Shown: positions 1 to 12,111 of the stretch, in pieces
Numbering within the stretch: the first letter of the stretch is position 1
Layout: each line of letters starts with the position of its first letter
NCBI GenBank assembly: GCA_964016885.1
Contig: OZ024742.1
Coordinates: 189,534,001-189,598,000 of the forward strand
Direction of reading: 5' to 3'
Length of the DNA stretch: 64,000 bases
Source: Eledone cirrhosa
Lineage: Eukaryota
Made by a program: the position numbers and the translations under genes
The notes under the pieces: model-generated
Databases searched by the model: none
Told to the model about the DNA's origin: nothing
What the model saw: only the letters and a program-made list of their open reading frames with translations

Positions 1-26
1 TGCCGGTCAGAATGTATATACACACA

Positions 27-88
<62 letters not shown>

Positions 89-550
89 AGCGAAAGAAAA
101 TTAGGATATTACATGTTTTGTCATCTGCAAATGATAATTATTTGAACTCAAAGAACAAAATTTTCAGAGAATGTCTATATCTAATTAGCCAACTCCTTGC
201 AAAATGGAAACACTCAATGAATTCAATTTCAACAACATTGATATTGATTTATATACTTTCTTAATCATTTTTTTACACACTCATATAATACGGTACACCT
301 TTTATACTTCTCAAGTCCATATCTTAATAAATATAAACATCCTATGTCACATACCGCCACACCGACACTGACATAGTCATTTTGATTTTACATCATTAAG
401 TTTTTTTACAACCATGTCTTCAAGCTTGTCGATGTGCTTGAAGACTAAGTCACAAATTTAATCACTCTTACAACCTGGGGAGATGGTCAAAATTGGGGCC
501 TGAAACCTGAGGTAGTACCTTTGTACCATGTATGAACACAAATAAATAAC

Positions 551-589
<39 letters not shown>

Positions 590-651
590 TACAAAAAAAA
601 ATGTTCGCGCTACATGGCTGAATACAATAAATGTAATCTGAGTTTTTTTTA

Positions 652-1026
652 ATATTAATAATAACATTCGATTTGTTTGCAATTATGAAAACAGGCCTCA
701 TTTTTAAAGTCATGTCTGTAGAATGAGCCCCTCATTCTTGCTCTTGTGTTGACATGTAAACAGAACTGCAGACACTAATGTTTCTGGGTATCACCCTTCA
801 TCAGTACAGCTAACTGTTCACCTGCCAACTGTCAGAGCTAGTGAACATATATGCTATTTTCTAAACTATACAGTGACTGATTGGCCTGATTTGCATATCA
901 GCAGACTGGCCAGTCAATTTCCTATATACGAGCGATAAATGGCCGGCTTTGCCACATTCAAATAAAAAAAAAAAAAATGAGGCTTGTTTGCAGAATTGCA
1001 AACGAATCAAATGTTATTATTAATAT
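652..1026. mobile_element. Element with ~54-bp terminal inverted repeats and an internal hammerhead-like core (PLE-derived?)
   Basis: 652-705 is an inverted copy of 973-1026. The minus strand at 770-810 reads CUGAUGA-A-GGGU gau ACCC-A-GAAAC. Confidence 0.5.
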
Positions 1027-1167
1027 GTGTGTATACACATATCTATATATGTATATATATAAGGTGAGAATGAGTACTTAATACTGAAGTAGAATTTAAA
1101 TGTTCTTTTAAGGATTTTATGGGGATTTTTATAAACATAATAAAGAATATATATATATATGTATATA

Positions 1168-1217
<50 letters not shown>

Positions 1218-1695
1218 CTAGCAGTGGTACCTGCCATTGCATGGGATAACGTATTTTGGAACATGGGCCGCCAATAGACCTAATCGTGGAAAAACTGCAT
1301 GCCTGGACAATATGTAAAGAAAATAAACCGAATACACTGATGGCTGGATAATCTTTAGGATTTTCCTCAATGAAGCAGGAAAAATGCAGGTTTTCACCTA
1401 ATGCGGGCCCTAGGGGATGGATCAAGAAAATGAATTTTTTTTATGTGCATAATATGCCTTCAAATTTCGGGAAAATCGGCTAGATGTAACGCCTCAAAAA
1501 ACCCCTAAAAAGCTGAAAAAACGCAGTTTTTCACCTAATGTGGGCCATAGTGGATCAAAAAGTTGAATTTTATGTGCATAACACTCCCTGAAACATGAAT
1601 AATACACATGTAAAGTTTGAAAAAATTTGGTTGGGTACTTCTCGAGTTTTAGGGATTCAAACTCACAGACATCCTCAGTTTTATATATATATAGA
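1218..1695 (-). mobile_element. Non-autonomous Helitron
   Basis: Minus strand starts TCTATATATATATAAAA and ends CTAG after an imperfect hairpin (cccatgcaatggcaggt); inserted between A and T in a TA tract; internal ~60-bp direct repeat (1391-1452/1528-1581). Confidence 0.7.
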
Positions 1696-1851
1696 TATAT
1701 ATATATATGACCAAAGATTAATATGGTTCATTGATTACTCAATGAATATAGTTTTACAATAGATTAAAAGCACTCTACAAGGAAGTTTTCTGGAGTTATT
1801 AATATTATTCAAAATATTAATAAATGAAGACGTTCACATAATCAAAATATA

Positions 1852-1920
1852 TGTTTTATTATATATATTTCGGAGGTACTGTGCTATTCTTCCAGTACGT
1901 CCTCATCAGATAAAATACAT
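1852..1920 (-). ncRNA. Minimal type I hammerhead ribozyme
   Basis: Minus strand: UUUUAU-CUGAUGA-GGA C GUACUG [loop] CAGUAC C UCC-GAAA-UAUAUA-UA^-AUAAAA. Complete core, G10.1-C11.1 pair, palindromic stem III loop. Confidence 0.8.
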
Positions 1921-2034
1921 GAATTGATGTATGACATACCTCAACTGTCTTGATGGTTCAATTCCAGTATTGGCAGTCAATACTGGAATTGAACCATCAA
2001 GTCAGTTGAGGTATGTCATACATCAATTCATGTA

Positions 2035-2095
2035 TTTTATCTGATGAGGACGTACTGAAAAACACCACAGTACCTCTGAAATATTTATAATAAAA
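2035..2095 (+). ncRNA. Minimal type I hammerhead ribozyme (second arm)
   Basis: ttttat-ctgatga-gga c gtactg aaaaacacca cagtac c tct-gaaa-tattta-ta^-ataaaa; G.U at 10.1/11.1. Confidence 0.7.
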
Positions 2096-2298
2096 CATAT
2101 ATTTTGATTATGTGAACGTCTTCATTTATTAATATTTTGAATTATATATATATATATATATATAAAAGAGTCATGGCCCAATGGCTGAACTCTCACCATT
2201 TCAACAGATAGTTCCACACTCTTTCTAATATAGTTATACTCTACTATCCCAAGTATCGAGATGAATAATAGTCTAACTAGTTTAAAACTGGCTCAATC

Positions 2299-2336
<38 letters not shown>

Positions 2337-2535
2337 CACACACACACATATATATCCTCATCATGAATATTTTCCATCTAATGCCTTTGATTTTGTGTTT
2401 GTTTAGTGTATTTCATATTTAGTTCATTACATTATCACTCTATATATGAATTGTTTTCAATTTGATCACAATATTTGTTAAAATGTCTTTCACAAAAAAT
2501 ATTTTCATTATATTTGTGAGGTATTATTTCTAATA

Positions 2536-2720
2536 GTGGATTGGCAGTATCGGTAGAGAGTCGGACGCCATGCTTTCCAGCATAGTTACGTCCCTTTACG
2601 ATCTGAGTTCAAATCCCGCCGAGGTTGATTCTGCCTTTCATCCTTACGGCGTCGATAAAATAAAGTACAAGTAATGTAATGTACTGGGTAATTGCTGGCC
2701 TTGTGCCTAAAGTAGAAACA
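2536..2720 (+). mobile_element. tRNA-derived SINE, family A
   Basis: A box TGGCAGTATCGG, B box GTTCAAATCC, body GCCTTTCATCCTTACGGcGTCGATAAAATAAAGTAC; 13-bp TSD attatttctaata. Confidence 0.85.
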
Positions 2721-2734
2721 ATTATTTCTAATAT

Positions 2735-3050
2735 GAAGGCATGTGGATTTGTTGTTCAGGTATTCAACTCATGATCGTAAGGTTATGAGTTTGATTCTCA
2801 GCGGTGCATTGTATCCTTGAGCAAAACACATTATTTCATGTTGCTCCAGTCCACTCAGCTGGCAAAAATGAGTTGTACCTGTAATTCGAAGAGCCAGCCT
2901 TGTCACAATTTGTGTCACGCTGAATCTCCCTCAGAACTGTGTTAAGGGTATGCATGTCTGTGGAATGCTCAGCCACTTACACGTTAATTTCACAAGCAGG
3001 CTGTTCCATTGATCATATGAACTAGACCGATTGTCATTAAAACTGACAGA
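2735..3050 (+). mobile_element. tRNA-derived SINE, family B-related (degenerate)
   Basis: CCTTGAGCAAAACAC core and GCTCCAGTCCACTCAGCTG shared with the 4280 copy; 3' part shared with 31405-31693. Confidence 0.6.
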
Positions 3051-3074
3051 GTTCCAGTTATTATCTCTGTTATT

Positions 3075-3320
3075 AATAAAATAAAGTACCAGTAATGTAC
3101 TGGTATAATTGCTGGCCTTGTGCCAAAAGTAGAAACAGTTATTTGGCAGTATCGGTAGAGGGTGGACGCTATGCTTTCTAGCATAGTTACGTCACTTTAC
3201 AGTCTGAGTTCAAATCCTGTCGAGGTTAACTTTGCCTTTCATCCTTACGGGGTCGATAAAATAAAGTACCAGTAATGTACTGGGTAATTGCTGGCCTTGT
3301 GCCAAAAGTAGAAACAGTTA
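3075..3320 (+). mobile_element. SINE family A (partial 3' copy followed by near-full copy)
   Basis: Same A/B boxes and tail GCTGGCCTTGTGCCAAAAGTAGAAAC. Confidence 0.8.
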
Positions 3321-3707
3321 TTATTATTTTTATCATAGAGCTTCTATTATCCCCCAGTTACACCTCAGTTTTTCAGAGGTGTTTCTAGTTTTGTCTCTTG
3401 CAAATATAGAATTTTGTTTGTATTTCTACATCAGATTTACACTATTGAGTGATATGGTTAGTTGTTTTGGGAATTATTTTGCTGATTTGGCAATTGTGTA
3501 GTGTGTTATGTAGCCAGGAGAGAGATGAGCTCCACTGAGCTGTATGTGCCCAAGAGACATTGCATAATGCCAAGTCCCCACAACCCTTGAGGAGCAATGT
3601 AAAAGTGAAGTTTTATGTTATGTAAGCTGTGTGTCATGTTATCTAAGTTCTGTTATTTTATTATGTGTGTGGGGGTGGGTAATTATCTTTGTATATATAT
3701 ATGAATA

Positions 3708-3930
3708 TGAGGGGGTGCTGAAAAGTTCCTGGATTTGGGTAAAAGAAAATACAGGAAGATCAATTAATTATGATTTTATTTGACATACTCCCCTCTCAGA
3801 TTCACATACTTATTAACACTTATTGCAGTGAGCCTTCAATTTCTCTAAGCCCTGTAAAAAGAACTCGGAAGGTTGGGCTTCTAGCCAGGCCTCATAAATA
3901 CCCTTAAAGCCAGGAACTTCTCAGCACCCC

Positions 3931-3934
<4 letters not shown>
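3708..3934. mobile_element. Tc1/mariner-type MITE
   Basis: TIRs tgagggggtgctgaaaagttcctgg / ccaggaacttctcagcaccccttca with TA on both sides. Confidence 0.8.
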
Positions 3935-3965
<31 letters not shown>

Positions 3966-4279
3966 TCATCATCATTTAAGGTCTATCTTCTATGCTAGTA
4001 TGGGTTGAACGGGTTTGTTTATATTCTGCATTTTTTTCCCTTTTGTTTAATAATTTTTTTTGCTCTCTCCTTTTCTTCCCCAATAACTTCCACAAGTTAT
4101 TGATGCACTGGACTTAAATATATTGTCTTTAATGCATTGAAATGTCCGTTATATCCAGCAAACAACTGAAGAAGGGATTGTCCTCCTCTTTGTGCTTTCC
4201 TTTTATCTTTAAATACACTTTATCAAGTAACCAGATAGCTCCCTGTTTCGTCCAAATTTTTATTAATATATATATATAT

Positions 4280-4595
4280 GAAGGCACATGGCTTAGTGGT
4301 TAGAGCATTGGCCTTGCAATCGAAAGGTTGTGAGTTCAATTCTCAGACCGGGTGATGTGTTGTTTCCTTGAGCAAGACACTTTATTTCACATTGCTCCAG
4401 TTTACTCAGCTGTAGAAATGAGATGATAGGGACTGAGGTCCCTATCATTCCACTGCAAAGTGGTCGTGGAGGTGCCACGGCAAAAAAGCACCCAGCACTC
4501 ACTGTAAATGAGGTTGGTGTTAGGAAGGGCATCCAGCTGTAGAAATCAAGCCAGAATCAGTTCCCTTGCAAGCAGGGAAAAGCGGACGTAAAAAT
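4280..4595 (+). mobile_element. tRNA-derived SINE, family B, with RTE-like 3' tail
   Basis: A box TGGCTTAGTGG, B box GTTCAATTC, CORE-like CCTTGAGCAAGACACTT, tail CCCTTGCAAGCAGGGAAAAGCGGACGTAAAA identical to the RTE 3' end at ~27587-27617. Confidence 0.85.
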
Positions 4596-4616
4596 GAAAA
4601 AAAAATATATATATAT

Positions 4617-4902
4617 ATTCAATGATATTAAATAATTGGAAACTATATTTATAAAACCATATTTATTCTATTATATATATTTCAAGGGTACCAAAATTTT
4701 GGTACGCTCTCTTCAGATAAAATACAGAGTTTGTTTTATAAATATTGACATAACCAGGAAGAAGATCTTAACGGTTCAAGTTTTTCCTGGAAATATATAT
4801 AATAGAATAAATATAGTTTTATAAATATAGTTTCCATTTATTTAATACCATTGAATATTATACTCCAGAAAACTTGTCGAGTGCTTTGAATCAGTTATAA
4901 AC
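4617..4902. mobile_element. PLE-derived inverted-repeat element with a minus-strand hammerhead (4664-4724)
   Basis: Inverted arms 4617-4683/4790-4856. Minus strand UAUUUUAU-CUGAAGA-GAG C GUACCAAA..UUUGGUAC C CUU-GAAA-UAUAUA-UA^-AUAGAAUA. Tail actccagaaaacttgtcgagtgcttt is shared with the 1709 and 43349 elements. Confidence 0.75.
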
Positions 4903-5124
4903 ATTTATATTTGTTGAATTACCAACAAATTAAATATCCCTTTATATATATATATACTGTGTAATTGCTGATGTGTTTAGTGACAGGTAGTGTATGATAT
5001 GTGGGTTAGAGTATATTAATGAATAGCAACAGTGTAGAATGCGAGTTGTTGATGTCATAGAATCAGGTATTTATTATGTAAGCGTTTGTGGTATATTTTA
5101 TTCAGTGTTTAGTGTGTATAGCTG

Positions 5125-5298
5125 TATCGGTAGAGGGTCAGACGCGATGCTTTGATACATATAGTTACGGCCCATGCCATTCTGAGTTCAAATCCCGCTG
5201 AGGTTAACTTTGCTTTTCATCCTTACACGGGTCGATAAAATAAAGTACCAGTAATACACTGGGTATTTGCTGGCTTTGTGCCAAAAGTAGAAACAATT
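5125..5298 (+). mobile_element. SINE family A
   Basis: B box and conserved body/tail. Confidence 0.8.
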
Positions 5299-6375
5299 AT
5301 ATGTTGTGTGAGTTGTGTCATTTTATTGAGGAATTATTGTATAAGTTATGTGTTGTGTGTATTTTGATTATTGTGGGAGCTGTGCCAATGAACTGAAAAT
5401 GTCTTTCATAGGATATACGCTGTGCCCAGAATGTGTACTTTTAGGATAGTTTATAACATTGGTATTTGTATGGGGTGTTTATTTTTGTTTATAATTTTTA
5501 TCATACCTCATACCCCAACACCCTGTTTATTTCAATCTTAAGATTCTTTGTCTTCATTACTTTGGACAGGTATGTCCCAGAGAATTGCAATGAAAAGAGA
5601 AACCCTTTGTTTCCAGCTAACATAGTATGTCCCTCACTTTTATTTGTATTCTGTTTTCACAGTCCATTCAAAAATGAGTTGAACCTGTAATTCAAAGGGT
5701 TGGTCTCGTAACATCCTATGTCAGTCTGAATCTCCCTGAGGACTACATTAAGAGTATATAACTCTGTGGAAATCTCAGCTTACTAATTTCTTGATCAGGG
5801 TATTCCATACTTTGTATCAAATTGAAAGACTTACATTGGAAGAAACAGAGTTCCAACACCATCATCCATATACATGTGTAGGGATCTGAATGAATCAATC
5901 TGAGTAGAAACTCTCTGATTCATTTATTTACTTCCCTGTCATCCTTTCAAGGTTGATGAAAAAATCTATCAGTACCAGTCTAATAGTAGGTTGATTCTTC
6001 CACTCTTTCTCCACATCTCTCTTCCCTGCCTCTCAATGTTCTAACTATTGGTTCATATACCTAGTATCCATTGTGTTTCATCCACTGACCAGTTACATAT
6101 TCATTTGAATCATATATTGCTGCATAATCCAGGACCCTATACTGGGGTCAAGAGAATTTAGTAATGCAGTGTACTCTGCAACCCTTGCAGGTGCTACTGA
6201 TCTGAATCAAAACAGACCTGGGAGGATTGTCAGTTAAGAGGTAACTCCAGTTTTCTCAATATCTGGGGTTTCCCAAGTCTTAAAGCTGGTATTGTTGATA
6301 TTTTAAAGTCGAATGACTGTTAGCTAAAGAAACTGAATCAAGTAGAGTAAGATCTTATGTCCAAGGACCATTTAA

Positions 6376-6740
6376 CTCCTAACATCCTGTAATAATTTAG
6401 CAGAAAATATCTAAAATATGTTTTTTTAATTCAAATGGTTATAGCATCTTTACTATTGGACATATCATTGTGAAAATTTGTTATATTAGAGAAAAGGCTT
6501 CAATGTTTCATATCATGCAATCTTAGTTCTGTTTTGTAATTTTCTAATTTGTTAATGTGGTTTCGTATGATTTGTTAATACAAATGTTTATAGTATCATA
6601 ACTACTGGACAGATCATTGTGAAGATTTACAGTGTTAGAGGAAAGGCTAAAATATTTCATGTAATGCTGTCATACTGCTGTTTTGTACTTGTCAGGAAAG
6701 CATTATTAATGTGGTTTCATGTAGTGCAGGATGTTAAGAG
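6376..6740. mobile_element. TTAA-flanked MITE (piggyBac-like)
   Basis: TTAA-ctcctaacatcctg ... caggatgttaagag-TTAA; related copies at 16668-17380 and ~40560-40752. Confidence 0.6.
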
Positions 6741-9700
6741 TTAAAATTCCTATATCATTAATGATATTCATGGCATACCATTTTCATCATTTTGTCAATG
6801 AAATTATATTGCTCGCAATGTAGTTTTAATATGTTTCACTTCAGGAGACAAAATTTACAAACATCTCATTCAACCAATACCTTTATACCTCGTAGTATTT
6901 GAGAGGTTGACTTTGCCTTTCATCCTTACGGGGTCGATAAAATAAAGTGCCAGTAATGCACTGGGTAATTGCTGGCCTTGTGCCTAAAGTAGAAACAAGT
7001 ATTTGAATTAATTATAGTTTTATATTATAAAATTATTAAAAAATAATTTTGTCTGAATCTATCTCTTAAGTTATTGTAGTTTTAACTGGATAATTTATGA
7101 AATATTGGATGTATATAGACAGGATTCCTGTGGGCATGACTGACCATGTGTTTGCCCATGTAAAGTGCCTGAGCAAAGTGTTTTATGGAAGACAAGCAGC
7201 CTTATATGCATTCAAGTTTCCCCTCTACATGTTACTTATGGTGTTCAAGGTAAAGGCATAGACCGATGCAACTTGGCACCAGTATTGCAGCTCACCTTTT
7301 CCAGCTGAGTGGACTGGAACAGCATGAAATCAGTGTCTTGCTCCAGTCTGATAATTGAACTCATGACCTCATGATAATAAGCTCAATACCATAGCCACTA
7401 AGACAAGCCCCTTCACAAAATATCTATAAGCAACTGAGTATCTTGAAATACTAACATTACTAATTTGGACCAATTTCCTGCATCAAGGTATTCTCTCTAT
7501 TTCTGGATATATTTAATCTGTAATTAGTATTCATTAAAGATACTCATCTGCTAATGATAAAAAATATTTGTTTCCTTTCATCATGGTAACTAGTTCTTTG
7601 TTAGTACTATTTGCTCTTTGATTAATTCCTGTTCAATTTGATAATTATTTCCATGTATAGAATTGTCTAGAATAATGATAACTCAATCATTATTGTGATC
7701 AGAAGAACAAAAATAGTAGACCTCATTCTTTAGTTAGGCACCAGATATTTGTGGAATCTATAAACAAATTATTTTTAGAGCTTCAGCTTCATAAAAATAA
7801 TTAAATTAAAAAACATGTCTAAAAATTAGTATATAATCAAGGCTTGATAAAAATAGCATAGAGCAGTGCCTCCCAACCTTTACACTACCAAGGGTCTCAT
7901 ATTTAAATGGATTTTTTTTTAAGACCCCTGATGCTACAACTATTCCTTTCCCAGATTGTTATACAGTGAGAATGGCCAGTTGACCTGAGAGAAATGTTTA
8001 TACTTATATAAAAATGGATACAGGAGAGTGTTGTGTTGTACAGTCTGTGTTGTACATGTGTGTATAAGTATTTGAAATCATGATCCACAGTACTATCTGT
8101 TGTGAGTGGATCATAGTGATCCACAGATCCCAGGCTGGGAACTTTTGACATTTGAGAGTATTGAGTGAAAGCATCAACCAATCAACTAATATATAACAAA
8201 TTAACATTTGGTTGCTTTTATATTATATCCTTGTGTGATTTATTTTGGGGTTTCAGACATTATATTGTATGAACCAATAAAATATTCATTAGAATTATTT
8301 CTTACTTTAAGAAAGCTAGCTCTAGCTTTGATAAGACACTAACATATCTGTAATGAGATGGCATGCTGAGGTATAATATATATATTGGAACCAATTCCTT
8401 TTTTCTCAACATTTTGTCTTGGCAATGCCCTGGTCTGAAAGTCACCAGATTTAAGAGATCTAAGTTGTATTGTCATTCATGTGATTGCTTTTTAAAATAT
8501 TAACATAGTTTAGGTAGAACATTATTTGTTAGGCACACAATGAAAAGGTGTAATGATTATATGTACAGTGAGTGTGTAACTAAGAAGCTCTTCTTAAAAT
8601 TAGCTACAGTATGATTAATGATAAAATGAACTTTGTTCACACAAAAACATAGTTGCTTTTCTCCATGGAGGCATTTGTTTCATATACAATTGCCATTTTA
8701 GTCACCAGTACACATGGGATAAAAACAGAAGTAACACTGTGTATGTGAGCTGACTTAAGAACAAAATATTGAAGTAATTTCAGATAGTATTCAAAGCCTA
8801 AAATCACATTAAGTAAGAAAGAAAACGTTAGCTAAATTCATTATTTCTTCTTTGTATTTTTGTATATAATATATTATATAACTTTCATTTATTTATTTAA
8901 GATAAAAATGCCTTTTCAAATCCAAAAGGTTCTTTACCTGTCTATTAGAAGGTAGGGCCATAATAAACAATATTCTCCCTGAAATGTTGTGGCCTTATGC
9001 CTATTCTATAAACCATTGTTATTAATTAATAAAAGGAATCATTATTGATATTACTTCACTCAGTTTAAATAGAAATCAAGAAACTGAATGTCGTTCAATC
9101 TAATTTCAAGTCAATTGATCTACTTCCACCTGCCAAACTTGTGATTTCTCCAGCAACATCCTAATAATGATTGGTATAAGCAAATTAATGTTTTTCTTAC
9201 TATACTATTGTTCTCCTTGTCTTTTGTATGCAGTCCCAGTGGTTTGGCGAGCTCGGGCAACGGTGGGAATACCCGGACTATCCGACGTCTTACCTTCCAC
9301 CACCACCACAGTCGTTGTGTTGGCTATTCGTTCCCGCCTCTCATCTGTGACGTGATCTTTACTCCTGCTGTCGCACCCTGCTTTTGTACCTGGCCTTCAT
9401 CCTTGCTAAAACCACAGTTTACCCTCCGATTATTGCACATTTAGCTTAGATCTTTAGCTAAAACCGAAACTCCTTGCCCTCGCTCTACCCTCCACCCTAG
9501 TAGCCATTTATCTCCTAAGTATTGGAAATAAATTAGTTCAGTTTAGATTAAACAAAATATCCTGGGGAAGCTTTTGAACAAAATATATTTTCAGCCTTAC
9601 TTAAATATTTGCGATAAAATATAATTACGGAAATTTTAAATACTTTGCTATCACACATTACTATATCATTAAACATTTTGTGAATTGATTTGCCATTGAT

Positions 9701-10434
9701 ATTTGCTAGTGTTAATTTTTGGTGATACCATTTAATTGTTATTTATAAAAATATCATATCAGTTTTTTTTTTATTAAAGTTTATACATTTTCCTACTAAT
9801 TTTTAATTGATATGGTATAATAATGTGTGATATTGCTTAGTATTTGAATATTTATTGTAGCAGTGTTGATTAACTGAAGATATTGCTTATACAATATCTT
9901 CAGTGTTCTTTATCACTTGGCAATAAATTAAATTAAATTAAATTAAATAAAAAACAGAAAGAAATAAAAATGCAGATTTTGAATTCTAAATGCTTCTTGA
10001 GAAGAACCAACTTAGAAAGAACTGCAATGAAATAGTGAAAAATTTATTCAAATTTATGAAAATGACATCATTTCATGCACCTTTCAAGTAAATTTCTAGT
10101 AAAATTCTCAGCTTCAAATTTGAAACAAAGATGAAGAAAGTCTTCATAAAGAATTTCATTTTTTTACAACTGAAGCTTCCAATCTTTGTTGATATCAGCA
10201 CATATTATTTTGATCCGAGACTGTTTAAACATTTATAACTTGAGGAGGATTGAAATGAAAATGTTAAAATAAAATACTAAATATCTTTGATGGAAAATAT
10301 AACCACATATTGATAAATTTATAAGTTCTTTTTTAACTATTAGATAGGTAGAATTTAAAATAATTAAACAAACTAAAAGTATTTTAAAGTTTATGCCCTC
10401 CTGACCATTTTTTTCTAACCATGTTTTACCACAG

Positions 10435-11509
10435 CTCTGGAGCCAGCTCAGATCGCCGGAGCGACCTCCCTTCAGCCACATCCTTGGCAGCATCTCGAAA
10501 CGCCTCGCTCCGTCACCAACAACAGCAACACCCCACATCCATAGGAATTCGCAAAAGGGACCCCACATCATCGGCCAACATAGCGGCATCCGATCACCAT
10601 CACCATTATCCACATCACCACTCACATCATCATCATCACCACCAACATCCTCCACCATTATTGTCTTCAACTAGTACAACTGCCGGAGATCCAACCACAG
10701 CCACATCAGGATCATTCCGAGCTAAACAGACTGGTCGATCCGAAGTGAAAATAGCTGATCCTGTTGTGTCTAGTGGTGTAACTGGTTCAATTCAGCTAGC
10801 GGCATCTCCAGCAGTCGTGCAACCTCCAGGCAGTGTTATTCCTGCAGGCAATAACAACCTCTCTATTCAAGGAGGTGGCAGAGGAGTTGGCAGTGGTAGT
10901 GTTGGAAGTGGTAGTGTGGTAGGTGTGGGAGTAGGAGACATGTCGTCAGCTCTGCAACGACCCTTTTATGCAACATCCTCAATAGGGAGCCCCCCCGACC
11001 CGGCTTCAATTTTGAGGAGTAGGGAAGTTTCTAAACGTGTTATCCTAAATGTGGGTGGGGTAAAACATGAGGTATTATGGCGCACTCTTGACCGTATGCC
11101 TCATACGCGGCTTGGTAAGCTGAGGGACTGCAACACACATGATGCAATTGTTGATCTTTGTGACGATTATAGCTTGGCCGAAAATGAATACTTTTTTGAT
11201 CGACATCCTCGATCTTTTGCCTCCATCCTCAATTTTTACCGCACAGGAAAACTTCACTTGGTGGAGGAAATGTGTGTGCTGGCATTCAGCGAGGACTTGG
11301 AGTACTGGGGTGTAGACGAACTTTATTTAGAGTCATGTTGTCAGCATAAATATCATCAGAAAAAAGAACATGTGTTTGAGGAGATACGCAAAGAGGCTGA
11401 GAGTCTCCGAAAGGGAGAGGATGAAGATTTTGGTACCGGCTCGTTTGCTAAATGGCGACAACGAGTTTGGGACCTCCTTGAGAAGCCGACAACGTCCATG
11501 GCCGCGAGG
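10435..11509 (+). CDS. KCNB (Shab): Kv2/Shab voltage-gated K+ channel, exon encoding the low-complexity N-terminus and T1 (BTB) tetramerisation domain
   Basis: ORF 10421-11575 contains [29 protein letters not shown]...[24 protein letters not shown]...[14 protein letters not shown], a Kv2-type T1 domain. Strong donor AGG|GTAAGT at 11509/11510. A branch-point/pyrimidine acceptor (ttctaacc...ccacag|) ends at 10434, so the exon probably starts at 10435 in phase 2. In-frame ATGs at 10421 and 10940 are alternative starts. Confidence 0.95.
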
Positions 11510-11795
11510 GTAAGTCCGAAGGTTTTTAATTACCATTCCAATGATTTTCTAACACTGTTGCATTATTTTGTTTGATTGAAATTTAATATCTTAATATTTT
11601 TTATTTTTTTATAAAAGAATATCCAAACCAAATTGTTTGTATTTGCAATTTAAAAACCAATTTGTACTTTTTTTTATTACAGATAATTATATGTATTACT
11701 ATTATTTATATGTATCTAAATAAAATGACTAATTTCTATTTTTATGTATTTATACCAATATATGAATATATGTATTTTTTATATATATGTATATA

Positions 11796-11842
<47 letters not shown>

Positions 11843-11939
11843 GTGTATATGTATATATATGTGTATATGTATATATATCTATGTATATATATATATGTGT
11901 ATATATATGTGTATATATATCTGCGTATATATATCTGTG

Positions 11940-11984
<45 letters not shown>

Positions 11985-12033
11985 ATATATATATGTGTAT
12001 ATATATCTATGTGTATATATATATGTGTATATA

Positions 12034-12111
<78 letters not shown>

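Larger units (their letters stand above)
1709..2142. mobile_element. Fold-back PLE pseudo-LTR derivative with two hammerheads
   Basis: Near-perfect palindrome 1807-2142 centred at ~1975, flanked by (TA)n; same family as the 43349-45629 element. Confidence 0.8.

Noticed and set aside
2536-2620. tRNA genes at SINE heads
   Set aside because: A/B boxes are present but there is no cloverleaf, and they are followed by repeated SINE bodies with TSDs.
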